Positions 19,862 through 28,404 of a stretch of DNA of 64,000 nucleotides are shown one piece after another. The stretch spans positions 128,001-192,000 of the forward strand of contig JBGASG010000003.1 of assembly GCA_044229845.1 (NCBI GenBank), written 5' to 3'. The notes below the pieces were generated by a model. The model was not told the DNA's origin. It did not search any database and was given only the letters and a program-made list of their open reading frames with translations. The position numbers and the translations under genes are program-made. Each line of letters opens with the position of its first letter. The stretch's first letter is position 1. Source of the stretch: Candidatus Obscuribacteraceae bacterium (GTDB lineage Bacteria > Cyanobacteriota > Vampirovibrionia > Obscuribacterales > Obscuribacteraceae).

Positions 19862-21916
19862 TTAGTCTCCGCTTTTGGCACTCTCTGCTTTCGGCAGACG
19901 TTTGATGTACTCGGCTCGTTGTTCGTAAGTCTCGGCTTCCTTTATGCGCTTCTGTGCTCGCAAAACACGAGCGAAGTGTACGAGCGACACAGCCACTTCC
20001 GGATGATTTTCGCCGTACGCGGATTCTCTGATTTCCAACGCCAACTCGCATTGCGTTTCAGCGTTCGAGAGATCTCCCTGCGCCACATAGACTTGGGCAA
20101 GACGATCCAGCACCGAAGCTATGTCCTGGTGCATGTCCGAACCGAGAGCGTTCTGCTTCAGTTTTACCAGACGCCGGAAGCACTGCTCCGCTTCCGGATA
20201 CTTTTCCGACATGTGGTAGCAATCGCCAAGGTGCTCCAGAGTCGGAATGATCTTGGCGCTGTCCCGTCCCAGAGCGGCTTCCTGGATAGAAAGGGCCGAC
20301 TTGAAAAAGTTGATCGCCGCTTCGTAGTTCTCTCTGGTTTCATTCAACTCAGCGATCTGGTGCAATGTGAATGCGACATCGACGTGATCTTTTCCCATCG
20401 CCTCCTGGCGAATCTGCAGCACGCGCCAGAGCAGCGGCTCTGCTTCCGCGTCGCGCTTCTGCACCAGATATAGTTGCGCCAGTTTAGACAGCCCGGTGGC
20501 AATCTCGGGGTCCTTGCTGTTGAACTCTTTTTCGAGAATCAATAGCGCTCGCTTGTAGCTGCCTTCAGCATCGGTATAACGCTTCTGCTCAAACTGACAA
20601 TCACCCAGCTTGAGGCTGGTGAGGGCTACACCAGTGTGTGATGAACCGAGCGCGCGCTCGGCGGTGTTCAACTCGTCTGTGAGCACCATGAGTTTGCGCA
20701 GTCCGGCCGTGGTGAGAGAATCCATCTCCCAACCGATACGCTCAACAGCGACGTGGAAGTCGACCTTGTCCTGAGCGCAAACGGCCAGAGCCCGCGTCGC
20801 CAGTTGCAGGGGCAAAACGCCATCGGCGACCAACAATTGAGCCTTCAAAACCTGCCGCAGATCATCTTCTTCGATCATCTGCAGTTTCACCAGCGCCTGA
20901 CCCAGTGGCAACTTTTGCAAGCTGGAGTAGTGCATGGCGTCATTGAACTGTTCTTGCGTCAGCAGCTGCGATTCTAATAAAAGCTCACCCACACGTTTAC
21001 GCTCTTTGGACTTCTTGCCTTTGTCTTTCCAGAAATTGGCCAAGTGACGCAGAGATTGAGTAACCAGAGTGTGTCCTGGTCCCAGCAACTTCTCTCGGAT
21101 GCGCAAAGCCGAAAGGAAAAAGGGCTCGGCCTCGTTGGGACGCATTTGAGCGTCGACAATTTTGCCGATTGTGTGAAGACTCTTCGCGCCTTCCAGGCTG
21201 TCGGCACCATAAGTCGACTGCACGATGTCGTGGTTGCGCCAGGCGAGCGCCTCGGCATCGGTGAAGCGCAGGTCCTGATAGTAAAGATCTATCAGTCGCT
21301 CCAAGATCGGCACAACCTTGACGCTCTTGGCGCCGTAGGCACGTTCGGCGTTTGCAAGCGCCCGCTTGTAGAGATGCTCGCTGCGGGAATGGTCCTTGGT
21401 GTGAGCATGCATGTCCGCAGCTCGTAAGAGATGCGGAATCAGCTCGCGATGATCGCCGCCAGTCTGCTGTTCGGCCTCCGCCAGTTCCATGTCGACAGCT
21501 TGCAATGCGGCGGTGCTGCTTTGTGGTTTCTCCGGCTCTGCCGATTCTTCGAAGGCTGCCAGGGCGTCGGCAACCGGAACACCGTCGAGCGCGGAAATCT
21601 GCAGAACAGCGACCGCCGCGTCCGCATCCACTTCGCCGGCAGCCAGAAGTTCTTGCACTTCCAGCGCCCTCTCCAGATCTTCTGTCGATAGCTGCTTGAG
21701 CAGGACCAGCACATCGCCGATGCGCATGTTGCGAGTGCCCGCCTCGGTCAAGGCGGAAGAAACCTGATCGGGTCGAATAATGCCCGCTTCAACGAGCAGC
21801 TCTCCCAGTTTCTTGGTTGTTGTCGCCGATTTCTTTTGCGGTGTCACCTTAATCAAACCCATCTCCGCCAAGCCACATGTATATATTACGCGGTACAAGA
21901 CCTCACTGAATACCAT
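19862..21916 (-). CDS. Protein with two MshEN/GSPII_N-like modules and kinesin-light-chain-type TPRs
   Basis: 'KLGELLVEAGII...RIGDVLV...LERALEVQ' and 'RVGELLLES...PLGQALV...QVLKAQ'; 42-aa TPRs such as 'ALRIREKLLGPGH'. Confidence 0.8.
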   Translation of the reverse strand: MVFSEVLYRVIYTCGLAEMGLIKVTPQKKSATTTKKLGELLVEAGIIRPDQVSSALTEAGTRNMRIGDVLVLLKQLSTEDLERALEVQELLAAGEVDADAAVAVLQISALDGVPVADALAAFEESAEPEKPQSSTAALQAVDMELAEAEQQTGGDHRELIPHLLRAADMHAHTKDHSRSEHLYKRALANAERAYGAKSVKVVPILERLIDLYYQDLRFTDAEALAWRNHDIVQSTYGADSLEGAKSLHTIGKIVDAQMRPNEAEPFFLSALRIREKLLGPGHTLVTQSLRHLANFWKDKGKKSKERKRVGELLLESQLLTQEQFNDAMHYSSLQKLPLGQALVKLQMIEEDDLRQVLKAQLLVADGVLPLQLATRALAVCAQDKVDFHVAVERIGWEMDSLTTAGLRKLMVLTDELNTAERALGSSHTGVALTSLKLGDCQFEQKRYTDAEGSYKRALLILEKEFNSKDPEIATGLSKLAQLYLVQKRDAEAEPLLWRVLQIRQEAMGKDHVDVAFTLHQIAELNETRENYEAAINFFKSALSIQEAALGRDSAKIIPTLEHLGDCYHMSEKYPEAEQCFRRLVKLKQNALGSDMHQDIASVLDRLAQVYVAQGDLSNAETQCELALEIRESAYGENHPEVAVSLVHFARVLRAQKRIKEAETYEQRAEYIKRLPKAESAKSGD

Positions 21917-22072
21917 ACCCAGTCATAGCCTCTTGTTTTCAATCACTTTCAGTACCAGCTGACAGGCGTGATGCAAAAGCCGCAAACCCAACAGCAGTTG
22001 AGGTTTACAGGTTTAGGAGCGGCACCCAAGCACAGTCGACACCTGGTAAAGTAGCCCACTGTTTGCCGGGAG

Positions 22073-23518
22073 TTGAAGATGCGAATTTCAAAGAGGAAGT
22101 GGATGCGACGCGCGCAGGTAATGCTGGGCGCAGCCATGATCGCCTTCGGTGGCTGCATGCCGGAAGGCGGTTGCGAACCGGCGAAAAGCATCGATTTTGG
22201 CGCCGCCGCCAAAGAAGCCACACAAAATCTGTGCGATTACATCAGTGTCGACACCAGCGTTCCGCCTGGCAACGAACAGAAGGGCGCGGAGTTTCTCGCC
22301 GCCCTGCTGCGCAAAGACGGCATTGAAACGCAGCTTTACGAAACCGCTCCGGGCCGGGCCTGTGCTTACGCTCGATTGAAAGGAAACGGGAAAAAGCGAC
22401 CGATAATCTTGCTCAATCACATCGACGTCGTGCCCGCCAAACGCGAAGACTGGCAACACGATCCGTTCAAGGGCGCCGTCATCAACGGCGAAATCTACGG
22501 ACGCGGCGCACTGGACATGAAAGGCACGGGCATCGCTCAGCTGGAAGCTTTACTTCTCATCAAACGCTCCGGCATAGTCCCGGATCGGGACATCATTTTT
22601 TTGGCTACCCCCGACGAGGAAGTCGGAGGCATATTCGGAGCGGGCTGGTTCACCAAGAATCACCCGGAGTTAATTAAAGACGCAGAATACCTGCTCAATG
22701 AAGGATTTTTTATAGACACCACTGACAGTGGCAAGCACAAGTACTGGGGCATCGACATCTCGGAGAAGTCGCCACTGTGGTTGCGGCTAACAGCCAAGGG
22801 CGATGCCGGTCATGCATCCATGCCGATTCCCAACTCGGCCACCAATAGATTGGCACGAGCGATGGACCGGATTGTTCAGAATCCGCCGGGACCGGTGCTA
22901 CTGCCGGCGGTGCGGACCTTCTTCACCGATATCGCCAAAACCGAAGATGCCGATCTGGCAAAACTCTACACCAACATCGAAACATCTATAAGCAATTCGG
23001 CAGACTACAAACGGCTTCTGGAAGACAAATTAAAGTCAGCCATGCTGCGCAACACGGTGTCGCTGACGGTGATGAAAGCCGGTTACAAAACCAACGTCAT
23101 CCCCGGTGAAGCGGAATGCGAGCTGGACTGTCGGCTGCTGCCGGGAGTCAACAAAGACAAGTTCGTCGCTCAAATCAAGAAAACCATCGACGATCCGTCA
23201 ATTCAAGTCTCTGAGCTGGAGTGGGAGCACACCGACGCCTCCGCCTACGACACAGAACTCTTCCAGGTGATCAAATCGGTGGCCGCCAAAAACGATCCCG
23301 GTGTACCTGTAGTACCGCTGGTAGTACCGTGGTTCACCGACTCGCACTACTTCCGCGAATTCGGCACGATTGCCTACGGTTTCGAGCCGATCGCCATCGA
23401 TCCTACCCACCTGGCCACTATGCATGGCAAAGACGAAAGGGTGCCGGAGAAAGGTTTTGCCGACTGCGTGCGCATGACTTACGACATAATCGCCGGCATC
23501 TGCGGAGTAGCAAAATAG
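22073..23518 (+). CDS. Exported M20 family metallopeptidase/deacylase
   Basis: 'LLNHIDVVP', 'GRGALDMK', 'PDEEVGG', 'GHAS', 'TDS', 'MHGKDE'. Confidence 0.92.
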   Translation: MKMRISKRKWMRRAQVMLGAAMIAFGGCMPEGGCEPAKSIDFGAAAKEATQNLCDYISVDTSVPPGNEQKGAEFLAALLRKDGIETQLYETAPGRACAYARLKGNGKKRPIILLNHIDVVPAKREDWQHDPFKGAVINGEIYGRGALDMKGTGIAQLEALLLIKRSGIVPDRDIIFLATPDEEVGGIFGAGWFTKNHPELIKDAEYLLNEGFFIDTTDSGKHKYWGIDISEKSPLWLRLTAKGDAGHASMPIPNSATNRLARAMDRIVQNPPGPVLLPAVRTFFTDIAKTEDADLAKLYTNIETSISNSADYKRLLEDKLKSAMLRNTVSLTVMKAGYKTNVIPGEAECELDCRLLPGVNKDKFVAQIKKTIDDPSIQVSELEWEHTDASAYDTELFQVIKSVAAKNDPGVPVVPLVVPWFTDSHYFREFGTIAYGFEPIAIDPTHLATMHGKDERVPEKGFADCVRMTYDIIAGICGVAK

Positions 23519-23519
23519 A

Positions 23520-24530
23520 CTAGACGGACTGAATGCGCCGCGATATCAATGCTATCAACTCGGGAAAGTTGCGGCGCAACAAAGCGTCGGTATCCGGATG
23601 GCAGCCATTGCCGCAGGCGATGGCGAAGACCTCGGCAAATGCTTCTTCCTTGCCGGCATCTCCCGCCTGCAAGTAGTACTCCAGCATCCGTCTATCGTAG
23701 TCGGTAGACAGGCGTGCCACACCTTTGTTGTACGCAGCCGCGAACGCGGCGCTGTGCGAGTAGTTTTGCAGCATCTCGTCGACGGCATGCCCACATTCGT
23801 GCTTGAGAATGCCGAGCCGCCGGCGACCGTCATTGAGCGTCACCAGTTGCGGCGCTGCGCCTTCACTTTCGGCATACTCAGCCATGATCACTTGCTTGCT
23901 ACCGCGGTTGAACATGCCGAAAATGTTGTTCCAGGTCGTCGTACGCTGGTAGCCGCGCACCTGCCGCCCGCGTGTCGACGGCACCGCCGACGGTACTGTA
24001 CGGCTGAGCGTCAAGTGATAACCGGAGCGCTGCAGAGCAGCCCGGACGTTGATCGGTATACAAGTGAACTGTTGAGCGATCTCTCGCGCGAAGGCTTCGC
24101 TGACATTAGCGTTTCGTTTCATCAAAGACATGACATAAGGAGCAGTGAGACTGTCGACTACGCGCGGTCTGCCGGCAGCAGCCGGAGGGGGCGTTCGAAC
24201 AGCAGGCGCGAGCGCGGTCGACGCCGGCAGGCCAGGTAATGGTGGTGCCGCCAGCGTCTGCCCCGCAAGTTCCGGAGCTGTCCAGAGACTGTTATGCGTG
24301 AAGGCCGGCCACTGGGCACCCGCCTGCGAGGCGCGCGGCAAGACCGGCGGCTGGGCAGCAACGCCATACTCACGGATGACCGGCACCGGTGCCACCGCTT
24401 CAGTTTCCTGGAATACCGGTGCGCTACAAGCCATTGTCGACTGAACGGGCACCGCTAATAGAAGTCCAACAAGAAGAAACGATTTAAAACGCATGACACC
24501 ACAATCTATGGTGACATTCCGCCACCACAT
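23520..24530 (-). CDS. Secreted zinc metalloendopeptidase, anthrax-lethal-factor (ATLF)/Pro-Pro endopeptidase-like (start possibly 24494)
   Basis: Signal peptide, Pro-rich linker, 'HECGHAVD', 'YSHSAAF', 'YYL', 'EEAFAEVFA'. Confidence 0.72.
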   Translation of the reverse strand: MWWRNVTIDCGVMRFKSFLLVGLLLAVPVQSTMACSAPVFQETEAVAPVPVIREYGVAAQPPVLPRASQAGAQWPAFTHNSLWTAPELAGQTLAAPPLPGLPASTALAPAVRTPPPAAAGRPRVVDSLTAPYVMSLMKRNANVSEAFAREIAQQFTCIPINVRAALQRSGYHLTLSRTVPSAVPSTRGRQVRGYQRTTTWNNIFGMFNRGSKQVIMAEYAESEGAAPQLVTLNDGRRRLGILKHECGHAVDEMLQNYSHSAAFAAAYNKGVARLSTDYDRRMLEYYLQAGDAGKEEAFAEVFAIACGNGCHPDTDALLRRNFPELIALISRRIQSV

Positions 24531-24715
24531 CTCTCCAAATTACGACCAAATATTGCCGGTCAGGTGGCTATCGCCATCCCTGCCAACTTGCACAACTGGC
24601 TGTCTTGACGCGTCGCCTTCTGCTGTAGTTCCGAGCCAAACTAGAGCAAACCCATAACTGTGTTTGGGGTTTTTTGACAACGGTGCCAGGCATGTGATTG
24701 CGTTGCACTGCGAAA

Positions 24716-24755
24716 GCAAAAAATAACGGACCGTTTATTCAACGATCCGTTATTT
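24716..24755 (-). terminator. Intrinsic terminator of repeat copy 1
   Basis: 15-bp stem with one U-G pair, 5-nt loop, ending in a T-run on the minus strand. Confidence 0.8.
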
Positions 24756-24915
24756 GGGCTGGCTATCAGGGTTCGGTTTTTTTGTCGTCGGCATATTGCT
24801 GACTCTTTTAGAATAGCTTTCCCATGCGGTTTCTCACATGTGGAATCCGACCATTCTCGACTGCACAATTCCACAGTGCACGCTCTGCAATTGATTGCTG
24901 GTATAGGTCGACGAT

Positions 24916-24955
24916 GCAAAAAATAACGGACCGTTTATTCAACGGTCCGTTATTT
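24916..24955 (-). terminator. Intrinsic terminator of repeat copy 2
   Basis: Minus strand AAATAACGGACCGTT-GAATA-AACGGTCCGTTATTT-TTT, perfect 15-bp stem. Confidence 0.82.
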
Positions 24956-25056
24956 GGGCTGGCTATCAGGGTTCGGTTTTTTTGTCGTCGGCATATTGCT
25001 GACTCTTTTAGAATAGCTCTGCCATGCGGTTTCTCACATGTAGAATCGGACCTTTC

Positions 25057-25080
25057 CCGACTGCACAATTGTGCAGTCGG
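25057..25080. promoter_or_regulatory. Perfect 24-bp palindrome just downstream of the MocR gene
   Basis: CCGACTGCACAATTGTGCAGTCGG; no U-tract. Confidence 0.5.
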
Positions 25081-25091
25081 CAGAAACAACC

Positions 25092-26588
25092 TCAGCCGGG
25101 CAGGCTGACGTGGGCAAGCCGGCTGATACCCTGTTCGATTTGCTCATCTGAAACTCCGGCATAGTTGAGCAAGAATTCGCCCCGTGGAGAATCACCGAGA
25201 TAAAAGCCGCGCGTAGAAGAGATTCCGACGCCGCGCTCACGACACAGCCGCACGATCTCATCATCTGACCGTGGAGAGTCTATACGAATCAAAACGTTGA
25301 TGCCGGCATTGTCACCCAGGATCGTAACGCGTCCGCCAAACTCCTTTCTCAATACATCCATCACTAAACCGCGCCGATGCTGATAGTGAGTCCGCATGCG
25401 GCGCACGTGGCGCTCCAGATGTCCCTGCTTGATAAAGTCTGTGAGCACCTGCTGCTCGAGCAAAGGCGAGTGGCGATCAACCAGCCACTTGGCGCGGGCG
25501 AAAACATCAATCAAGTTTTCGGGAACGGCGAGATAGCCAAGCCGCAAAGCCGGAAAAAGAACTTTCGAGAACGTGCCGATGTATATCACGGTTTGGTCGG
25601 TGTCGAGCCCGGCCAGGGCGGGAACCGGTCTGCCGACATACCGATATTCACTGTCGTAATCATCTTCGATCACGTATGCCGAATGCTTTTTGGCCCAGGC
25701 AAGCAGTTCGAGACGGCGTGGCAAACTGAGGACGACGCCGGTAGGAAACTGGTGAGATGGGGTGACGTATACAAGTTTCAAATTGGCGCTGGCGGGCACT
25801 TGCGAAACCACCAGTCCGGAAGCGTCAACGCCGAGGGGCACCAAATTCGCGCCCTGGACTTCGAATACTTTTTTGGCACCGATGTATCCGGGATTCTCAA
25901 TGCCGACCGCATCGCCGCGGTCGATCAAGACGCGCGCTACCAAATCTAGTGCTTGCTGAGATCCGTTGACTATGATCACCTGCTCCGGCTTGCACTGAAC
26001 GGCACGCGCTCGGGCCAGATAATCGGCAATCGCTTCACGCAATGGGAGGTAGCCCCGCGACTGGCTCGGGCAGTCGAGCTTCCAGAGTTGATTGGCTTTG
26101 GCACGCTGGTTCAATAATTGCAGCCAGACGCGCATCGGGAAATGCTCCAGATCCGGGCGGCCGAATGTAAATTGAATCTCCGGCTCGTCACCACCATAAT
26201 CGAGCCACTGCTTCTCATATAAGGATGCTCCCAGACGCGAGAGTCGAACCCGCATCGGTTTTCTGGGCAGCTGTTTTTCGGCGGCTTCACCGGCACGCTG
26301 ATCGGGTTTTCCCTTCTGCTGCGGTCGCAGTAGTTCATCAGGGAGCGTCTTGCATACATAGGTACCGGAGCCGGTGGTTGCTTCCAGATAACCTTCGCTG
26401 AGCAAATAATCATAAGAGGCCGTCACGGTCGCCCGAGAGATACCAAGAGAGTCGGCGAGTGCCCGGGTGGACGGCACCCGGGTACGGGGTGCCAGCCGCC
26501 CTGAAAGTATGGCCCGTCTTATCTCTTCGTACAGTTGCCGGTGAAGTGGAACGGCAGATTGGCTATCTAAAGTAACAGCAATTTCCAT
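25092..26588 (-). CDS. MocR/GabR family regulator (GntR wHTH plus PLP-dependent aminotransferase domain)
   Basis: 'VPSTRALADSLGISRATV', 'YVTPSHQFPTG', 'IEDDYDSEYRY', 'GTFSKVLFPALRLGY'; ATG at 26588. Confidence 0.95.
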   Translation of the reverse strand: MEIAVTLDSQSAVPLHRQLYEEIRRAILSGRLAPRTRVPSTRALADSLGISRATVTASYDYLLSEGYLEATTGSGTYVCKTLPDELLRPQQKGKPDQRAGEAAEKQLPRKPMRVRLSRLGASLYEKQWLDYGGDEPEIQFTFGRPDLEHFPMRVWLQLLNQRAKANQLWKLDCPSQSRGYLPLREAIADYLARARAVQCKPEQVIIVNGSQQALDLVARVLIDRGDAVGIENPGYIGAKKVFEVQGANLVPLGVDASGLVVSQVPASANLKLVYVTPSHQFPTGVVLSLPRRLELLAWAKKHSAYVIEDDYDSEYRYVGRPVPALAGLDTDQTVIYIGTFSKVLFPALRLGYLAVPENLIDVFARAKWLVDRHSPLLEQQVLTDFIKQGHLERHVRRMRTHYQHRRGLVMDVLRKEFGGRVTILGDNAGINVLIRIDSPRSDDEIVRLCRERGVGISSTRGFYLGDSPRGEFLLNYAGVSDEQIEQGISRLAHVSLPG

Positions 26589-26601
26589 CGTCAAGCGGTC
26601 C

Positions 26602-26652
26602 AAAGTGGACTGGAAGTAAATCACAAAAGTGGCACTTACGCAAGTCCAATTT
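26602..26652. promoter_or_regulatory. Probable MocR-type operator: two direct and one inverted AAAGTGG-like boxes
   Basis: AAAGTGG at 26602 and 26626, inverted GTCCAATTT at 26644-26652, in the divergent intergenic region. Confidence 0.65.
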
Positions 26653-26718
26653 AAGCTGTAACCTGTGTTCTGTCCTGAGGGCATTAAGCCCGCACAAAGA
26701 AAGCGAACGGTGAATCTT

Positions 26719-27054
26719 ATGATGAAGTCAAACAATAAAAAGAGCTTGATAGCGAAGCAAGTGCTCGCAGCTCTCAGTTTGATGATTTTGGCGGCACCGA
26801 ACGCGATGGCAATCATCAATGACCCGTTGATTGCCAGTCAGCTCGTACAAAAGCGCCACACGCTTATTGCTAAAGAACAAAACATTCTTCGCGATGTAGA
26901 TAACCTGCTTCGCGACATCGACGAACTGACGCGCCGGAAAGACCAACAGTCGGCTGCCGAAATCAATGAATTGAGCAAAAAGCTCGATAAGAAAAGCTAC
27001 GACCTGCGTCAAGTCCGCCTGGACCTGCGCGATGTAGATCTGCAGTTGCTATAA
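26719..27054 (+). CDS. Small secreted coiled-coil protein
   Basis: Signal peptide ending in AMA, followed by an all-helical heptad-rich region. Confidence 0.7.
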   Translation: MMKSNNKKSLIAKQVLAALSLMILAAPNAMAIINDPLIASQLVQKRHTLIAKEQNILRDVDNLLRDIDELTRRKDQQSAAEINELSKKLDKKSYDLRQVRLDLRDVDLQLL

Positions 27055-27084
27055 GCAACAATCTTCGTCCTTACGGACACAAAT

Positions 27085-27121
27085 GAAACGCCGGAAACAA
27101 CTCGGCGTTTCGTTTCTTTTT
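27085..27121 (+). terminator. Intrinsic terminator
   Basis: GAAACGCCG...CGGCGTTTC followed by GTTTCTTTTT. Confidence 0.75.
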
Positions 27122-27246
27122 GTAGGCACCAGCGCGCCGGCAGAGGTGGATGGGGGTGCCTTTCTTCCCTAGCGCGTTACAACACTTTGTTGAAAGCCAA
27201 GAGGCGCGGTCCAAGACGCGCCTGGCATGCGATTCTTGCTCAGAAC

Positions 27247-27286
27247 AAAGAAAAATGGAGCGGTTTCGCCCAACGAAAACCGCTCC
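27247..27286 (-). terminator. Intrinsic terminator of the 27316-28146 gene
   Basis: GGAGCGGTTTCG...CGAAAACCGCTCC with A-run on the left (U-run on minus). Confidence 0.7.
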
Positions 27287-27315
27287 AGGGGTACCAGCGA
27301 TGCGCGTTGCTGGTG

Positions 27316-28146
27316 TTAAAAAGCGCCGTATTGATTGGGACTGGACGAAAGAGAGACCGTCATGGGAGCGTCCAGCTGCAGTTGCAGTTGTTCGCCGGAT
27401 GCCATGATTACATTTTTGCCTTTGCGAGCCAGAGTGCTGGCCAATCCGACACCACCGCCGATGGCAGTTCCGGACCAGGCACCGCGTCCGGCACCACGTC
27501 CGCCGTGTCCGGCGATGGCACCGATAGCGGTACCAAGAGCAGCACCCGTACCGGCGCCGATCGCGCCGCGGATTACTCCCTGTCCGACTTTGGTCTTCCA
27601 GGTTTCACCTTTATATGTGTCGCTCATGTCCGAACCGACGTCGTTATATTTGCCGACTTTGCCAACCACGTGCGCGCTCATGGGAGCTTCAACGCCGTTA
27701 GGCATGCGCAAGCGATTGAACTTGATTCCAAGCGTGCCGGCACGGCCGAGCCAACCGCCGGCTTTTGCTTCGACGACGTTGCCGACTACAGTGGCGCCGG
27801 CCGGAATCATGCTGCCGTTCAGATAAATCGGCTGATTGATCGTGGCTTGAATCATATCGCCTGGTCGAGCAGCTTCAGTAGAAATGGATGTTGCCAGTTG
27901 CACCGGAAATGTCATGCCGGCCGGCACGAAGGCAACACGACCTTGCTGATAGCCAGTGGGCTGATATTGCGACTGGTATTGCGGCGGCTGATACTGCGGC
28001 TGTGCTTGCGGGGTGGATGCGGCATTGTAGTTGCCGTAAGAAGAACTGCCGTAGGTATCGTATTGAGCAAATGCCGGAACGGAAAAGGACAAGATGCAGC
28101 TCAAAGCTGAAACAGCGGGGACAACGCCTTTGACTAGACTGGCCAT
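27316..28146 (-). CDS. Secreted protein with TrbI/VirB10-like beta domain and glycine zipper
   Basis: 'VPAGMTFPVQLATSIST..ARPGD', 'IPAGATVVG', 'GAIGAGTGAALGTAIGAIAG'. Confidence 0.7.
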   Translation of the reverse strand: MASLVKGVVPAVSALSCILSFSVPAFAQYDTYGSSSYGNYNAASTPQAQPQYQPPQYQSQYQPTGYQQGRVAFVPAGMTFPVQLATSISTEAARPGDMIQATINQPIYLNGSMIPAGATVVGNVVEAKAGGWLGRAGTLGIKFNRLRMPNGVEAPMSAHVVGKVGKYNDVGSDMSDTYKGETWKTKVGQGVIRGAIGAGTGAALGTAIGAIAGHGGRGAGRGAWSGTAIGGGVGLASTLARKGKNVIMASGEQLQLQLDAPMTVSLSSSPNQYGAF

Positions 28147-28404
28147 GATTACTCCTTTGATAGCCTTTGTTCAGTGGCTCAACTGAGGGGCGAATTAACG
28201 CGACAGGGAACCAGCGAGCGTTGTCCAGAACAACCGAACACTCGCGTTCTCACAAGCCGGTAGACGCCCATGCTTGGGTCGTGTTCCTCAACTTTTCAAA
28301 AGTTTTTTGTAATCGCCAGAAATCGGCTCCAGTTGTGGCAATTGCAGGATGTCACAAGCTCAACCATAAAACATTCGCGGTGTCCGGTAATACCGGAATT
28401 GGTG

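Larger units (their letters stand above)
24716..25070 (-). repeat. Direct repeat: 155-bp unit at 24716-24870 and 24916-25070 (200-bp period); candidate duplicated RNA element
   Basis: Manual alignment gives 7 substitutions and no indels between the copies. Confidence 0.93.

Noticed and set aside
24716..25070. CRISPR array or IS ends
   Set aside because: Only two long direct copies with a 45-bp gap; no short repeat-spacer periodicity, no cas or transposase gene.
24641..25108. Listed 92-94 aa ORFs across the repeat
   Set aside because: They run through strong terminator hairpins, have no recognisable motifs and are better explained as incidental frames.
26589..26819. 77-aa N-terminal extension of the MocR ORF
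   Set aside because: Overlaps the operator and the divergent gene; the GntR domain starts at ATG 26588.
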